DNA of 64,000 nucleotides from Candidatus Latescibacterota bacterium (GTDB taxonomy: Bacteria; Latescibacterota; UBA2968; UBA8231): positions 6,016,001 through 6,080,000 of the forward strand of contig OZ241867.1 in NCBI GenBank assembly GCA_965203175.1, given 5' to 3'. The notes under the pieces were generated by a model. The model was not told the DNA's origin. It worked only from the letters and a program-made list of their open reading frames with translations, and did no database searches. A program made the translations under genes and the position numbers. Below, in pieces: positions 45,628 to 58,096 of the stretch (position 1 is its first letter; every line of letters begins with the position of its first letter).

Positions 45628-46611
45628 CTATTCCATTGGGTATTTCAAGCCGATCTGAGCGCGGATCTCGTCGAGGATCCGCATCAGCGCCACGGTTTCG
45701 TCGAGCGACATGACCGCGCTCTCTGTCAGACCTTCGCCGAGACAGCGAGCGACTTCTTGCGCCTCGTAGTTGTAGCCATTGCCCGCCAAGGGCAATTCGA
45801 TGCGCTCTTCGCGGTCCCCGGCTTTGAGCGTGGCGCTTTCGCCCTTCCACCACGACGGATCAATGACAATCGTCCCCTCGCTGCCGACGATGCGGGCCTC
45901 GTGCGAAGTCGAAGCGCGAATGGCACAAGAGAGATTGGCGATGGCACCGCCGCTATAGCGGAGTACGATGCCCGTCTGCTCGTCAACGCCAGTCTCGCCG
46001 AGGTGTGCAGCCGCAGCGATCTGCGCTGGCTGCGACCCAAGCACCATCGCCGCGAAAGAGACGACGTAAATGCCGATGTCGAGCAAGGCACCGCCGCCCA
46101 AAGCGAGGTTAAAAAGCCGGCCATCGGGATTGACGCCCGCGCGAAAACCAAAGTCAGCACTGACCATCAGCGGCTCGCCGATAGCATCAGCGTCGAGCCA
46201 CTGGCGCACCTGCACCATAATGGGCAAGTAGCGAGACCACATGGCCTCCATCAGAAAGACGCCATTGGCGCGGGCACAGGCGACGACGGCTGCGGCCTCG
46301 GCCGCATTGATGGTAAACGGCTTCTCGCAGAGCACGGCCTTGCCGGCTTCAATACAGAGAATCGAATTGTCTTTGTGGAAAGGATGGGGCGTGGCCACGT
46401 ACACCGCGTCTATGTCGGGATCGGCGCTGAGGGCCTCGTACGAGGCGTGGCGGTTGGGGGCACCGTACTGGTCGGCAAAAGCGTCGGCGCGCTGCTGATC
46501 GCGCGAGCCAACGGCGACTAACTCTCCTTCGGAAATAGCCTGGAGGCCGACGGCAAATTTGTGGGCAATGCTGCCCGGGCCGAGGATGCCCCAGCGAATG
46601 GGCGCGGTCAT
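45628..46611 (-). CDS. Gfo/Idh/MocA family oxidoreductase
   Basis: WGILGPGSIA, YVATPHPFH, LCEKP, GGGALLDIGIY. Confidence 0.93.
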   Translation of the reverse strand: MTAPIRWGILGPGSIAHKFAVGLQAISEGELVAVGSRDQQRADAFADQYGAPNRHASYEALSADPDIDAVYVATPHPFHKDNSILCIEAGKAVLCEKPFTINAAEAAAVVACARANGVFLMEAMWSRYLPIMVQVRQWLDADAIGEPLMVSADFGFRAGVNPDGRLFNLALGGGALLDIGIYVVSFAAMVLGSQPAQIAAAAHLGETGVDEQTGIVLRYSGGAIANLSCAIRASTSHEARIVGSEGTIVIDPSWWKGESATLKAGDREERIELPLAGNGYNYEAQEVARCLGEGLTESAVMSLDETVALMRILDEIRAQIGLKYPME

Positions 46612-46685
46612 GGATACTCCTAGCGTGGACTGATTATGAAAATAAGTGGGGATATAGTTTGGCCGTGCGCAGAGCAGGCGTCAAC

Positions 46686-49600
46686 CTAGCTTTGGTTGGC
46701 AAAGGCGCGGGCGTTTTGAAATAGCTTGAGCCACGGCCCTTCTTCGCCCGTCCACTCCGCCGGACGCCAAGATAGCTGAACATTGCGGAAGACGCGCTCG
46801 GGGTGCGGCATCATAATGGTAGCGCGGCCGTCGGCGCTAGTCAGAGCCGTTAACCCGCCGGGTGAGCCATTCGGGTTGAACGGATAGCGTTCGGCCGGCT
46901 GACCGTAATTATCCACGTAGCGCAGGCAAAGCTGATCTTGCATCCGCGCTCGTTCTAGGTCTTGCTCGTCGCCAAATTGGACGCGGCCTTCGCCGTGCGC
47001 CACCGCAATGGGCAAACGCGACCCCTCCATGCCGCGCAAGAGTACCGAACGGCTTTCCAGCACCTCTACGGTGGCGAACCGCGCCTCAAACTGCTCGGAG
47101 CGATTGCGCACAAATTGCGGCCAGTCGGCCGCGCCTGGGATCAGCTCCTTGAGGTGCGACAGCATCTGGCAGCCATTGCACACCCCCAAGGAAAAGGTAT
47201 CCGGCCGCTCGAAAAAGGCGGCGAATTGCTCGCGCAGGCGGTCGTGGAAGAGAATCGAACGCGCCCAACCAGCTCCGGCCCCAAGCACGTCGCCGTAGCT
47301 AAAGCCGCCGCAGGCAGCCAACCCGTGAAACGAACTCAATTCGACGCGGCCTTCCAACAGGTCGGTCATAGTCACGTCAACCGCCTCGCAGGCGGCTGCG
47401 TCAAAGGCCGCGGCCATTTCCACCTGACCGTTGATGCCCTGCTCCCTCAGCACGGCCACGCGAGGCCGCGCCTTCCCGCCTATGGTCGGAGCAACTTCGT
47501 GCGCCAAGTGGAAGTTCAGGCCCGGATCTTGGCCGTCGTCAAGGGCCTCGTACTCCTCGCGGGCGCAGTCCGGATCGTCGCGGTGGGCCTGCATCCGATA
47601 CGTCAGCTCAGCCCACGCCGCGTGGAGGTCGAGTAGTGGGGCGTCATAGACGAGATCATCGCCCCTGCGAATGCGCAAATGCAAGTCGTCAACAGGCTGG
47701 CCCACGCTGTACACCAAGTTGGCGATGCCCTGGTCCGCAAAGACCTTGTACACGGCTTCTTCATCCTCGACGCGGTATTGGATCACAGCACCCACTTCCT
47801 CGCAAAAGAGCGCGGCGAGTAGATCGTTGCCTAGCGTGTCGATCATTAACTCCACGCCACAGCGGCCGGCAAACGCCATCTCCGCCACCGCAGTGAAAAG
47901 CCCTCCGTCGGAACGGTCGTGGTACGCGAGCACAAGGTCTTGGTCGAGCAAAGTCTGCACGGTCTCGTACAAACCGCGCACATCGCCTGCATCCACGTCC
48001 GGAGTCCCACTGCCGATTTGGTTGTACGCTTGAGCGAGGCAAGAGCCACCAAGACGGTTCTGCCCGCGACCCAAATCCACGAGCAGCAATCGGGTGTCGC
48101 CGCTCTTTAGGTCGGGCGTGGCGTGGCGGCGCACATCGTCCACCGGCGCGAAGGCCGAGACGACCAAACTCAACGGTGCGACTACCTTGTGCGCCGCGCC
48201 CTCGGTGTCTTCCCACACCGCCCGCATGGACAGCGAATCTTTCCCCACCGGAATGGACACGCCTAGCGCCGGGCAAAACTCCAACCCCACTGCGCGCACT
48301 GTGTCGTACAAAGCTGCATCTTCGCCCTCCTCGCCGCAGGCACACATCCAATTCCCCGACAGCTTGATGCGGTGAATCGGACCAATGTGTGCCGCAGCGA
48401 TGTTGGTGACGGCCTCGGCAATGGCCATGCGCCCCGACGCTGGCGCATCCACTAAGGCGAGCGGCGTGCGCTCACCCATCGCCATAGCCGACCCAGTATA
48501 CCCCTGAAAGGAATGACAAGTCAGAGCTAAATCCGCCACCGGCACCTGATGAGGACCAACCATCTGATCGCGGGCTACCAAGCCAGTAACCGTGCGGTCG
48601 GCAATGGTGATGAGGAAGGTCTTGGCCGCCACGGCTGGAAAGCGGAGCACGCGCTCAGCAGCCTCGGCTATCGAAGGCTCTCCTAAATCGAGGCGCTGCC
48701 GCACGGGCTGGCTGCGCATCGCGCGGCGCAGCATCTTGGGCGGCTTGCCCAAAATCACCGCTAGGTCCAGGTCGTCGATGGGCTTGCCGCCGAGCAGAGA
48801 GTCGTCGAGAGACAGCGTGCCATCACCCGTGATCTCGCCGATGACCGCAAACAAGCAGCGCTCGCGCGCGGCCAGCTCGGCAAAACGGTCCAAATCGGCG
48901 CGGCCCACCACCAGCACGTAGCGCTCTTGCGCCTCATTGCTCCAAATCTGCATCGGGCTCATGCCCGGGTCGTCGTTGTGAATGGCCCGCAAGTCAAAAC
49001 GCGCACCCACGTCTGCCACTAACTCTGGGCAGGCGTTGGACAGGCCACCGGCCCCCACGTCGTGAATGCTGATGATGGGATTTTCCGCACCAAGCGCGAT
49101 GCAGCGGCTGATTAGCTCTTGGCAGCGGCGCTGCATCTCGGGGTTGTCGCGCTGCACCGAGGCAAAGTCGAGATCCTCGCTGTTGGCGCCCGTGTCCATG
49201 CTAGAGGCCGCACCCCCGCCGAGGCCGATGAGCATGGCCGGCCCTCCGAGCTGAATGACGCAATCGCCCGCAGCCGGAGTTTTCTTTTCCACGTGCTCAG
49301 CGTCAATGAGGCCAACGCCACCAGCGACCATGATCGGCTTGTGATAGCCGCGCCACACCCCGGTGCTGTCATCTTCCAAGGTGCGGAACATCCCGAGGAT
49401 GTTGGGCCGGCCGAATTCATTGCCAAAGGCCGCGCCACCAATCGGCCCTTCGGTCATAATGGAGAGCGGAGTAGCCAAGCGGTCCGGGAAGGCCGCACGC
49501 TCTTTTTCCCACGGCTGGGCGAACTCAGGCAAGCGCAGATGCGAGGTAAAAAAGGCGCACAGACCCGCCTGCGACCAGCCGCCCGTGCCAGCCGCCCCCT

Positions 49601-50525
49601 CGTCGCGAATCTCTCCTCCGACCCCGGTGGACGCTCCGGGGTAAGGCGCGATAGCAGTGGGATGGTTGTGAGTCTCGACCTTGATCAAGACGTGAGCCTG
49701 CCGCTGGCGATATCCATAGCGAAAGTCCTCGTCTATATGCGGACCAAAGACCGGCATATCAAATCCTTCAATCACACCGGCGTTGTCGGAATACGCCTTA
49801 ATCGTGCCTTGCGGATGGGCCGCATGCGTGTGGCGAATCATGTCGAAGAGCGACCGCGTCTCGCGCTGGCCGTCGATGATCCAATCGGCATTGAAAATTT
49901 TGTGGCGGCAGTGCTCGGAATTGACCACCGCAAACATCATTAGCTCCACGTCGGTCGGATCGCGCCCCGCAAAGGCGTGCAGCGCGTAGTCAATTTCCTC
50001 GTCCGAGAGGGCCAAGCCCATTTCGCGGTTGGCGGCCACGAGCGCACATCGTCCCTCGGCCCGCACCGGAATGTGGACTAGCGGCTTGGGATTCACACGG
50101 CGAAAGAGAGTCTCTAAGGAGTCGAGCGGGGCCTCAATCATGCGGTCGTAGAGCAGCGGCAAAACCGCGCTGGGCACGGTATCGGCAGCAAAGGCATACA
50201 GCGTGCCGCGCTCGACGCGGCGCACGAATTCGAGGCCGCAATTTCTAAGGATGTCCGTAGCCTTGCTCGACCACGGAGACGTCGTGCCCGGCCGCGGACC
50301 AATGGCCACCTCATTGTGCGCCCGCTCCGGCAAAGTCGCATCCACGTCGAGGATGCGCATGAGCCGCGCCAATTCACCGTCAGCTAAGGCGCGCGCACAT
50401 TGCACAGCATAGAAGTACGTGGCACTCAGATCTTCAACTTCGGGCGCGCAACGCTGACAGCGCGCTAGGAGCGACCGGCGGCGCAGGGACGACAGGGCCG
50501 GGGGGCCGACAAAGGCGAGTAGCAT
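46686..50525 (-). CDS. purL: Phosphoribosylformylglycinamidine synthase, large single-chain type
   Basis: [27 protein letters not shown]; GATase GVCNGCQ and MMPHPER; 1279 aa. Confidence 0.97.
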   Translation of the reverse strand: MLLAFVGPPALSSLRRRSLLARCQRCAPEVEDLSATYFYAVQCARALADGELARLMRILDVDATLPERAHNEVAIGPRPGTTSPWSSKATDILRNCGLEFVRRVERGTLYAFAADTVPSAVLPLLYDRMIEAPLDSLETLFRRVNPKPLVHIPVRAEGRCALVAANREMGLALSDEEIDYALHAFAGRDPTDVELMMFAVVNSEHCRHKIFNADWIIDGQRETRSLFDMIRHTHAAHPQGTIKAYSDNAGVIEGFDMPVFGPHIDEDFRYGYRQRQAHVLIKVETHNHPTAIAPYPGASTGVGGEIRDEGAAGTGGWSQAGLCAFFTSHLRLPEFAQPWEKERAAFPDRLATPLSIMTEGPIGGAAFGNEFGRPNILGMFRTLEDDSTGVWRGYHKPIMVAGGVGLIDAEHVEKKTPAAGDCVIQLGGPAMLIGLGGGAASSMDTGANSEDLDFASVQRDNPEMQRRCQELISRCIALGAENPIISIHDVGAGGLSNACPELVADVGARFDLRAIHNDDPGMSPMQIWSNEAQERYVLVVGRADLDRFAELAARERCLFAVIGEITGDGTLSLDDSLLGGKPIDDLDLAVILGKPPKMLRRAMRSQPVRQRLDLGEPSIAEAAERVLRFPAVAAKTFLITIADRTVTGLVARDQMVGPHQVPVADLALTCHSFQGYTGSAMAMGERTPLALVDAPASGRMAIAEAVTNIAAAHIGPIHRIKLSGNWMCACGEEGEDAALYDTVRAVGLEFCPALGVSIPVGKDSLSMRAVWEDTEGAAHKVVAPLSLVVSAFAPVDDVRRHATPDLKSGDTRLLLVDLGRGQNRLGGSCLAQAYNQIGSGTPDVDAGDVRGLYETVQTLLDQDLVLAYHDRSDGGLFTAVAEMAFAGRCGVELMIDTLGNDLLAALFCEEVGAVIQYRVEDEEAVYKVFADQGIANLVYSVGQPVDDLHLRIRRGDDLVYDAPLLDLHAAWAELTYRMQAHRDDPDCAREEYEALDDGQDPGLNFHLAHEVAPTIGGKARPRVAVLREQGINGQVEMAAAFDAAACEAVDVTMTDLLEGRVELSSFHGLAACGGFSYGDVLGAGAGWARSILFHDRLREQFAAFFERPDTFSLGVCNGCQMLSHLKELIPGAADWPQFVRNRSEQFEARFATVEVLESRSVLLRGMEGSRLPIAVAHGEGRVQFGDEQDLERARMQDQLCLRYVDNYGQPAERYPFNPNGSPGGLTALTSADGRATIMMPHPERVFRNVQLSWRPAEWTGEEGPWLKLFQNARAFANQS

Positions 50526-50674
50526 GGGATACTTTCTAACGGGAAGAGGTTCAATAAAATGTAGGTACTGCTATAAAAACCCTCAAGGATTGACGCGGCT
50601 CGACGAGCTTATTTTTGCACCTACGTATATAATGTCTATTTTTCAGAATCTAGCCCATGCAGTTGGAGGTTCCT

Positions 50675-53482
50675 ATGTCATTTGCTACGCACAGCGAAAA
50701 CGCCGAGTACATTGAAGCTCTTTACGAGCAATACCAACGCGATCCTAGCTCGGTCCCAGAAGAGTGGCAGCACTTCTTCCGCGGCTTTGAATTTGGCTTC
50801 GCGCGCTCTGTGACCGAGAGTGAGAGCGAACCAGCAGAAGCCTCGCAGCAGCAGCAGTCCATAGAAGAAGCCACTGAGGGCCTTTTGGTCCTCGAAGGCG
50901 TCCAAGCCCTCGTGCAGGCCTATCGGCAAATGGGCCACTTCGTCGCCCGGCTCGACCCGCTGGGGTACGACCGCCGGAGCTTGCCGCTGTTGGATCTGAT
51001 AGAATTTGGCCTCGCCGAAGAAGACCTCGACAAGACCGTGGGCAACGGCGGATTCCTCGGGCGCACGGACGGCACGTTAAAGGGGCTGTTGAGCAAGGTG
51101 AAAACCACGTATTGCCGCTCCATTGGCGTCGAATACATGGACATCCCGGACAAGGAGCAGCGCGACTGGCTGCAAGAGCGGATCGAGCCTTGCCTCAACA
51201 ATCCCAATTTGTCCGAAGAAGCCAAGCGTCGGGTACTCGCGCGACTAATCGCCGCCGAGGAATTCGAGCAGTTTTTGCACACGCGCTACGTCGGGCAAAA
51301 GCGCTTCTCGCTCGAAGGAGCCGAGTCCATGGTGCCGCTCCTAGACGAACTGGTCAGCACCGGCTCCAAGCTCGGCGTCGAAGAGGTGGTCATCGGCATG
51401 GCCCACCGCGGCCGGCTCAACGTACTAGCGCACCTTTTGCACAAGCCCTACGAAGAGATCCTCGCCGAGTTCGAGGGCGCGGACCGCACCGACCGCGACG
51501 ACGACGAGGGCGATGTCAAATACCACAAGGGCTATTCCTACGACCACGTCACCGAGGAGGGACGCAAGGTCCATCTCTCACTCAGTTTTAATCCCAGCCA
51601 CTTAGAGCTAGTCGACCCAGTCATCGAGGGCATCGTCTATGCCAAGCAGACTTACTTGCACGACGCAGAAGGAGAGCGGGTGGTCCCAGTCCTCATCCAC
51701 GGCGAGGCCGCCTTTACCGGCCAGGGCATCGTCTCGGAGACCCTCAATCTCTCCGAACTGCCCGGCTACCGCACCGGCGGCTCCGTCCACATCATCATCA
51801 ACAACCAGCTAGGCTACACCGCCCCAGCCGACGAGACGCGCTTTACCCCCTATCCGAGTGACATAGCCAAGGAGATTCAGGCACCCGTCTTCCACGTCAA
51901 CGCCGACGATCCCGAAGCCGTAATGCAAGCAGCGCGAGTGGCGATGGAGTTCAGGCATCGCTTCAAGGTAGATGTCATCATCGATTTGTGGTGTTATCGC
52001 CGCCACGGCCACAACGAAGCCGATGACCCAACCCTTACCCAGCCGCTGATGTACAAGAAAATCGCCGAGCATCCAACGATCCTCCACCTCTACTCCTTCC
52101 AGCTCATTGCCCAGAACAAAATCTCCCAAGAGGAAGCCGACGATACTCGCGCGCGAATCCGCACTCGGCTCGAAGAAGCCCAGCAAATCGCCCGCCGCCT
52201 GCAAGTCCAGCCCCAAATTTCGTCCTTCGGGGGCGTCTGGCAGGGCCTGACTTGGGCACCCGATGACTGGAGCGCCCAAACGGCCGTCGATGCCAAAATC
52301 CTGCAGCGGATCGTCGAACGGGCAACCCAAATCCCCGAGGGATTCTCACTGCACCGCACAATTCAGCGGATGGTCGAAGCGCGCCGCGCCATGGCCGCTG
52401 GCCAAGCACCCATCGACTGGGGCTGCAGCGAGGTGATGGCCTTTGGCTCGTTGCTGCGGGAGGGCGTGGCGGTGCGCCTGACTGGCCAAGATACCCAGCG
52501 CGGCACCTTTGCCCACCGCCACGCCGTCTGGCACGACACGGAAACGGGCGCAGAGCACATCCCCTTGCAGTGCTTGGAGCGCGATCAAGCCGACTTCGTC
52601 GTGATCAACACCATGCTGTCGGAGCTAGCAGTACTCGGCTTTGAGTACGGAATCAGCTCGGCGGACCCCCGTCGCTTGGTCTTGTGGGAGGCCCAGTTCG
52701 GTGATTTCGTCAACGGCGCGCAAATGATCATCGACCAATTCCTTTCCAGTGGCGAAGCCAAATGGCAGCGAATGAGTGGCTTGGTGCTGCTGTTGCCACA
52801 CGGGTACGAGGGCATGGGGCCCGAGCACTCCAGCGCGCGGCTGGAGCGCTTCTTGCAACTGTGCGCCAAAAACAACATGCAGGTGGCCTATCCGACCACG
52901 CCCGCGCAACTTTTTCACATCTTGCGGCGACAGATCCACCGCAACTTCCGCAAGCCGCTGGTGCTGATGACCCCCAAGAGCCTCCTGCGGCACAAGCAAT
53001 GCGTCTCAGAGCTAGCAGAGTTTTCCACGGGAACGTTCCAGCGGGTCATCGACGACGCAGACGTCGCCGACCCAGCCGCCGTCAGCCGGGTGGTTCTATG
53101 CACCGGCAAGATCTACTACGACTTGATAGCTGCCCGCGCCGAGCAAAACGGCAGCGACGAAGTAGCGCTGCTGCGCGTCGAGGAACTCTATCCGTTCCCG
53201 GCTGCTGAACTCCAAGCCGTGTTCGAGCGCTATCCCGCGGCCGAGCAGTTCTACTGGGTGCAGGAAGAATCGCAGAACATGGGCGCTTGGTCCTTTGTCC
53301 AGCCCCTCTTAGACGAACTGCTGCCCGCGCACTGCAAGCTGAACTACGTGGGCCGCGACGAAGCGGCCAGCCCGGCCACTGGCTCTGGGAACCTTCACGA
53401 AACCGAGCAACGAGAAATCGTCGAACAGGCACTAGGCCAAGGCCGCGAAATGGTGCTGCATCAGCGGCGGCAATCTGGTTAG
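50675..53482 (+). CDS. sucA: 2-oxoglutarate dehydrogenase E1
   Basis: [60 protein letters not shown]. Confidence 0.97.
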   Translation: MSFATHSENAEYIEALYEQYQRDPSSVPEEWQHFFRGFEFGFARSVTESESEPAEASQQQQSIEEATEGLLVLEGVQALVQAYRQMGHFVARLDPLGYDRRSLPLLDLIEFGLAEEDLDKTVGNGGFLGRTDGTLKGLLSKVKTTYCRSIGVEYMDIPDKEQRDWLQERIEPCLNNPNLSEEAKRRVLARLIAAEEFEQFLHTRYVGQKRFSLEGAESMVPLLDELVSTGSKLGVEEVVIGMAHRGRLNVLAHLLHKPYEEILAEFEGADRTDRDDDEGDVKYHKGYSYDHVTEEGRKVHLSLSFNPSHLELVDPVIEGIVYAKQTYLHDAEGERVVPVLIHGEAAFTGQGIVSETLNLSELPGYRTGGSVHIIINNQLGYTAPADETRFTPYPSDIAKEIQAPVFHVNADDPEAVMQAARVAMEFRHRFKVDVIIDLWCYRRHGHNEADDPTLTQPLMYKKIAEHPTILHLYSFQLIAQNKISQEEADDTRARIRTRLEEAQQIARRLQVQPQISSFGGVWQGLTWAPDDWSAQTAVDAKILQRIVERATQIPEGFSLHRTIQRMVEARRAMAAGQAPIDWGCSEVMAFGSLLREGVAVRLTGQDTQRGTFAHRHAVWHDTETGAEHIPLQCLERDQADFVVINTMLSELAVLGFEYGISSADPRRLVLWEAQFGDFVNGAQMIIDQFLSSGEAKWQRMSGLVLLLPHGYEGMGPEHSSARLERFLQLCAKNNMQVAYPTTPAQLFHILRRQIHRNFRKPLVLMTPKSLLRHKQCVSELAEFSTGTFQRVIDDADVADPAAVSRVVLCTGKIYYDLIAARAEQNGSDEVALLRVEELYPFPAAELQAVFERYPAAEQFYWVQEESQNMGAWSFVQPLLDELLPAHCKLNYVGRDEAASPATGSGNLHETEQREIVEQALGQGREMVLHQRRQSG

Positions 53483-53492
53483 GAGCATTTGT

Positions 53493-54758
53493 ATGTCAGT
53501 ACAAGTCGAAATACCGAGCATGGGCGAATCCGTCAGCGAGGTCATTCTCCTCGAATGGCTCAAGAGCGACGGCGAGCGCGTCGAGCAGGACGAGCCGCTC
53601 TGCGTGCTAGAAACCGACAAGGCCAATGTCGAGTTACCGTCCCCAGCCAGCGGCGCGCTCAAACACCTACAATCCACCGACACCACGCTAACCATAGGAG
53701 CGGTAGTCGCGGAGATAGATGAATCAGCACAAGCAGCCGCTTCGGCCCCGGCACCCAAACCCGAACCCACTGAGCCCAAACCCGAATCCACCCTAAGCCC
53801 AGCCGTGCGCCGCTTAGTCGAAGAACACGAGTTGGATCCAACTGCCATTGAGGGCACGGGCAAGGACGGACGGCTGACGAAAAAGGACGTGCTCGCCCAC
53901 CTAGAGACGCTATCCGCGCCCGAACCTGCTCAACCGTCACCTGAACCTGCACCTGAACCTGCTCAACCACCACCTGTACCCAAACCCGCTCCGCCGCCTG
54001 AGCCTGAATCCACTCCAGCGCCCGAACCCGCTCAATCATCTACTGCGCCCGCCAGTCCCGGCCTCACCCGCCGCGAGCCAATGAGCCGACTCCGCCAGCG
54101 CATAGCCGAACACTTGGTCGCCGCTCAGCACAACGCGGCCATGCTGACAACTTTCAACGAAATCGACATGAGTGCGGTGATGCAGCTCAGAGCCAAGTAC
54201 AAGGAGCGCTTTGCCCAAGTCCACGGCTCATCGCTGGGGCTGATGTCGTTTTTCTCGCGAGCCGCGGTCCTCGCACTTGGCGAGTTTCCGGCAATCAACG
54301 CGCAGATCGACGGCACGCACATTGTGTATCACGACTTCGTCAATCTGGGAATCGCCGTGAGCACAGAGCGCGGTCTAGTCGTGCCCGTCTTGCACCGCGC
54401 CGATCAGATGTCCATCGCCCAACTCGAAAGCAACATCAAGCGACTTGCGCTAAGCGCCCGCGACAACAAGCTGGCCATGGATGAGCTAAGCGGCGGCACC
54501 TTTACCATCACCAATGGCGGGGTCTTCGGCTCGCTGCTTTCCACGCCGATTCTAAACGCACCGCAAAGCGGCATTCTGGGAATGCACGCGATCCAAGAGC
54601 GGCCCGTAGTTGTCGAAGGTCAAGTGGTGATTAGGCCGATGATGTACGTAGCGCTGTCCTACGATCATCGACTCGTCGATGGCCAGCAGTCGGTCTCGTT
54701 TTTGGTGCGGCTGAAAGAGCTACTGGAAGATCCAGCGCGGCTGCTGTTAGAGGTATAG
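53493..54758 (+). CDS. sucB: Dihydrolipoamide succinyltransferase E2
   Basis: Lipoyl ETDKA, E3-binding GTGKDGR, Pro/Glu linker, [20 protein letters not shown]. Confidence 0.97.
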   Translation: MSVQVEIPSMGESVSEVILLEWLKSDGERVEQDEPLCVLETDKANVELPSPASGALKHLQSTDTTLTIGAVVAEIDESAQAAASAPAPKPEPTEPKPESTLSPAVRRLVEEHELDPTAIEGTGKDGRLTKKDVLAHLETLSAPEPAQPSPEPAPEPAQPPPVPKPAPPPEPESTPAPEPAQSSTAPASPGLTRREPMSRLRQRIAEHLVAAQHNAAMLTTFNEIDMSAVMQLRAKYKERFAQVHGSSLGLMSFFSRAAVLALGEFPAINAQIDGTHIVYHDFVNLGIAVSTERGLVVPVLHRADQMSIAQLESNIKRLALSARDNKLAMDELSGGTFTITNGGVFGSLLSTPILNAPQSGILGMHAIQERPVVVEGQVVIRPMMYVALSYDHRLVDGQQSVSFLVRLKELLEDPARLLLEV

Positions 54759-54794
54759 TGGAAGGCTATCGCTGGTCATAGTGGAGAAACACCA

Positions 54795-55748
54795 ATGCCC
54801 AAAAAAGTTGAAAAACGCAATCAAGAGAATCCGCTTAAGTTCGAGTTCTCTATGGTTGGCAAACAGCTAGCGACAAAAAATGAGTCGAAATTTTGTGAGA
54901 TATATAGGCATCCTCATGGTTCTCTTTTTCAGGGGGATTCTGTCGAGTGGCTCAAGAGCTTGGACGAAGAAAGCGTGGATCTTATTTTTGCTGATCCTCC
55001 ATACAACATCAATAAGGCCGAATGGGATAGATTTGAGAACCAAGAACAGTACATTGAATGGTCGATGGAATGGATTAGAGAGGCACATCGTATTCTAAAG
55101 GAAGAAGGGACGATGTATCTCTGTGGATTTTCTGAAATACTTGCAGATATAAAGCAACCGTCTATGAAGTATTTTAGATCGTGCAAGTGGCTGGTGTGGT
55201 ACTATAAAAACAAAGCCAATATGGGGAGTGACTGGGGAAGATCGCATGAGAGCATTCTTCACTTACGCAAATCTAATAAAAAGACATTTAACATCGATGA
55301 TATTAGAATTCCCTATGGTAATCATACGCTAAAATATCCGTCTCACCCACAAGCAGAGTCAAGTCAGTACGGAAACGGAGCGAATCAAAAAAATGTTTGG
55401 ACGCCGCATCCGGGAGGGGCAAAGCCACGAGATGTTATAGAAGTGCCGACCACGTGTAATGGAATGAATGAAAAAACTCCTCATCCTACACAAAAACCAG
55501 AAGAACTCGTTCGGAAGTTTGTCCTTGCTTCGTCTAAAGAAGGCGATCTTGTTATTGATCCGTTCTCAGGATCGGGGACAACGTTAGTCGTTTCTGAACA
55601 ACTCGGACGAAGATGGGCTGGTTGTGAAATTGATCCCGAATACAATAAATGGGCGATAGACCGGATAGAAAATGTGGTCCGCAGATCAAAAGACGGATGG
55701 ATCGCACTTGATAAAGAGAACGAAAAAAGAAGGAGTTCAATCCGTTGA
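54795..55748 (+). CDS. Amino (N4-C/N6-A) DNA methyltransferase, beta class
   Basis: IFADPPYN (motif IV) precedes HPTQKP and DPFSGSGTT (motif I); AT-rich. Confidence 0.94.
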   Translation: MPKKVEKRNQENPLKFEFSMVGKQLATKNESKFCEIYRHPHGSLFQGDSVEWLKSLDEESVDLIFADPPYNINKAEWDRFENQEQYIEWSMEWIREAHRILKEEGTMYLCGFSEILADIKQPSMKYFRSCKWLVWYYKNKANMGSDWGRSHESILHLRKSNKKTFNIDDIRIPYGNHTLKYPSHPQAESSQYGNGANQKNVWTPHPGGAKPRDVIEVPTTCNGMNEKTPHPTQKPEELVRKFVLASSKEGDLVIDPFSGSGTTLVVSEQLGRRWAGCEIDPEYNKWAIDRIENVVRRSKDGWIALDKENEKRRSSIR

Positions 55749-56649
55749 ACTTGGAAAGACTGGTAAGTATCGCCTGCGATAAAGACTATTTTCGCGATAT
55801 TGATAGGTACTGCGATTTTGCAAAGTCGTATCTTGAATTCATCAAAGACAATCTACAAGCTGTAATTGTATCGAGAAACGAGAATAATTATCAATTTTTT
55901 CAATACAAAGATGATGGGACATACCATACAATGTAACAAGACCGATCAACTCCAAATTAATGTACTCATTAGAAGATATGGAGGCTGTTATTGACCCTTT
56001 TAAAGAAATTCTTTTGGATATTCAAGGCGAGGATAATAGTACTGATAATTCGTCTAACCGAGAGATCATTAATAGAAGCATTTATACAGCGCAACAATGT
56101 ATTGGAGCTACTCTTGATGCCTTGCCCGCTAATAAGTCAAATACAGCAAGAAAGATAAACGGCGACCTATTTGAAAGATTCATACGTCTCATTATAGGCA
56201 AAGTCGGAGTTTATGTCACGCAAGGGACAGTGCAAGTTCCAGTAAAAATAAATGGAAAAGTCGAATTTACTATGAATTATCAGCACGATCTTATTGTGAA
56301 AGAACTTGAAGAAGTACGTGCGATAGGGTCTGTAAAAACATCGAGCAAAGACCGTCTAGCTAAAATATTTGTCGATAAATTCCTATATAATCGCTTGACA
56401 GATAGAGACACACTCCATTTCGCTATTTTTCTAAACGATGTGCAAAGAAAAGGCAGAGACGGCAACTATGGTATCAATACAACTTTTCTTTCAGGGCACT
56501 TTAAGGGCTATACAGTTAAACTAAATCCATTAGATGGAGTATATTATTTCGACATACGTCCTGACATGCAGATAAAGGATATTTTGAAGGATCACATAAA
56601 AACCTTCGACCATTTTCTATTTGGCGATATTTGGAAGCTCGTCAGGTAA
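55745..56649 (+). pseudogene. Putative type II restriction endonuclease, frameshifted by a 5-bp tandem duplication
   Basis: ORFs 55745-55936 and 55960-56649 join into one 299-aa frame if one copy of CATAC (55920-55929) is removed. PD-(D/E)xK-like GDLFE..HDL..GSVKTSSKDR. Coupled to the MTase. Confidence 0.78.
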
Positions 56650-56713
56650 CTGTCTGATAAGGAGCCAGCAGACGTTCTAACGTGTGCTGCTAATTACGCA
56701 AAAAGGAACAACT

Positions 56714-58096
56714 GTGAGCGACACTGCATTCGACCTAATCGTCATCGGCGCAGGACCGGGCGGCTACGTGGCCGCGAGCAAGGCGGCGCAACTCGGCATG
56801 AAGGTCGCCTGTATCGACAAAAGCTACCTCGGCGGTACCTGCCTCAACGTCGGCTGCATCCCCAGCAAGGCGCTGCTAGAGTCGAGTGATTTATTTTACA
56901 GAGCCAAGAAGGGGTTAGGACACCACGGAATCGGACAGGGCGAAGTGGGTCTGGACCTAGGGGCCATGATGGCGCGAAAAGAAAAAATCGTGCAGACCAT
57001 GACCAAAGGCATTGAGGGGCTGTTTAAGGGCCGAGGGGTGACGCATTTCGTCGGCACAGGCCAAGTCCGCGCCCCGGGAAGCGTGGCAGTGCAAGGTTCA
57101 GATGGCGAGCAAGTGCTGTCTGCCAAGCACATCCTATTGGCCACCGGGAGCACGCCCGTGGAGTTGTCGAATCTGCCCTTTGATGGAAAACACATAATTA
57201 GTTCGACCGAGGCCCTAACCTTAGAAAAGGTGCCTGAGCGGCTCATCGTCATCGGCGGCGGTGCCATTGGGCTGGAATTGGGATCCGTATGGGCTCGGTT
57301 AGGAGCCCAAGTGCTCGTAGTGGAGGCCATGGATCAGATCCTACCGGAGATGGACCAAGAAATGGCCCGGCAACTAGAACGGCTGCTCAAGCGACAGGGA
57401 CTAAAGTTCCTGCTCGGAGCCAAAGCCCAAACCGCTGCAATCGAAGAAGGTCAAGTGACGCTGACCATAGCGACCGGCGATCAAGAACGCGTCGAGACAT
57501 GCGATCAGGTATTGGTGGCCGTGGGGCGCAAACCATGCAGCACAGGGTTGGGACTCGAAGACGTGGGCGTAGCGACCAACGAACGTGGACAAGTCCTAGT
57601 CGACGCACAGGGACGCACCAATGTCGAGGGCATCTGGGCTATCGGCGACCTCGTGCCCGGACCGATGCTGGCCCACAAGGCCGAAGCCGAAGGAATCGCC
57701 GTCGCCGAGCGAATGGCCGGGCGCGCCGGACAGGTCAACTACAAGGCCATACCCTCAGTCGTGTACACCCATCCAGAACTAGCCTCCGTAGGCGCGAGCG
57801 AAGAAGCAGCCACAGCAGCCGGCCACGAGGTCGCCATCGGCAAACACCAATTTCGCAGCAATGCCCGCGCCCACTGCATGGACGACATCGACGGCCTAGT
57901 CAAGGTCGTCGCCGATGCGCACACCGACCAACTCTTGGGAATGCACATCCTCGGGCCGCAGGCTTCGCACTTGATCGCCGAGGGCGTCTTGGCCCTAGAG
58001 TTCGGGGCCAGTGCCGAGGATGTAGCCCGCACCGTCCACGCACATCCAGCGCTGTCAGAAGTCGTAGGCGAAGCGGCGCGGGCCGTAGAATCGTGA
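56714..58096 (+). CDS. lpdA: Dihydrolipoamide dehydrogenase E3
   Basis: GAGPGGY, GGTCLNVGCIPSK, GGGAIGLE, MLAHKAE, HAHPALSE. Confidence 0.97.
   Translation: MSDTAFDLIVIGAGPGGYVAASKAAQLGMKVACIDKSYLGGTCLNVGCIPSKALLESSDLFYRAKKGLGHHGIGQGEVGLDLGAMMARKEKIVQTMTKGIEGLFKGRGVTHFVGTGQVRAPGSVAVQGSDGEQVLSAKHILLATGSTPVELSNLPFDGKHIISSTEALTLEKVPERLIVIGGGAIGLELGSVWARLGAQVLVVEAMDQILPEMDQEMARQLERLLKRQGLKFLLGAKAQTAAIEEGQVTLTIATGDQERVETCDQVLVAVGRKPCSTGLGLEDVGVATNERGQVLVDAQGRTNVEGIWAIGDLVPGPMLAHKAEAEGIAVAERMAGRAGQVNYKAIPSVVYTHPELASVGASEEAATAAGHEVAIGKHQFRSNARAHCMDDIDGLVKVVADAHTDQLLGMHILGPQASHLIAEGVLALEFGASAEDVARTVHAHPALSEVVGEAARAVES

Noticed and set aside
50526-50674. Riboswitch or clear promoter between purL and sucA
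   Set aside because: TTGACG and TATAAT are present but wrongly spaced, and I see no recognisable purine or ZTP riboswitch structure.
53915-54045. Repetitive CCTGAACCTGC-like DNA in sucB
   Set aside because: It encodes the normal Pro/Glu/Ala flexible linker of E2; not a CRISPR or mobile repeat.
54795-56649. This RM system as the cause of the window-wide CCWGG depletion
   Set aside because: It is an amino-MTase (DPPY), not an m5C enzyme, and its AT-rich composition indicates recent arrival; its specificity is unknown.
57289-58092. Apparent 525-aa fusion ORF ending in the SDR
   Set aside because: The Arg-rich alternate frame lies over lpdA; the real SDR starts at GTG 58093.
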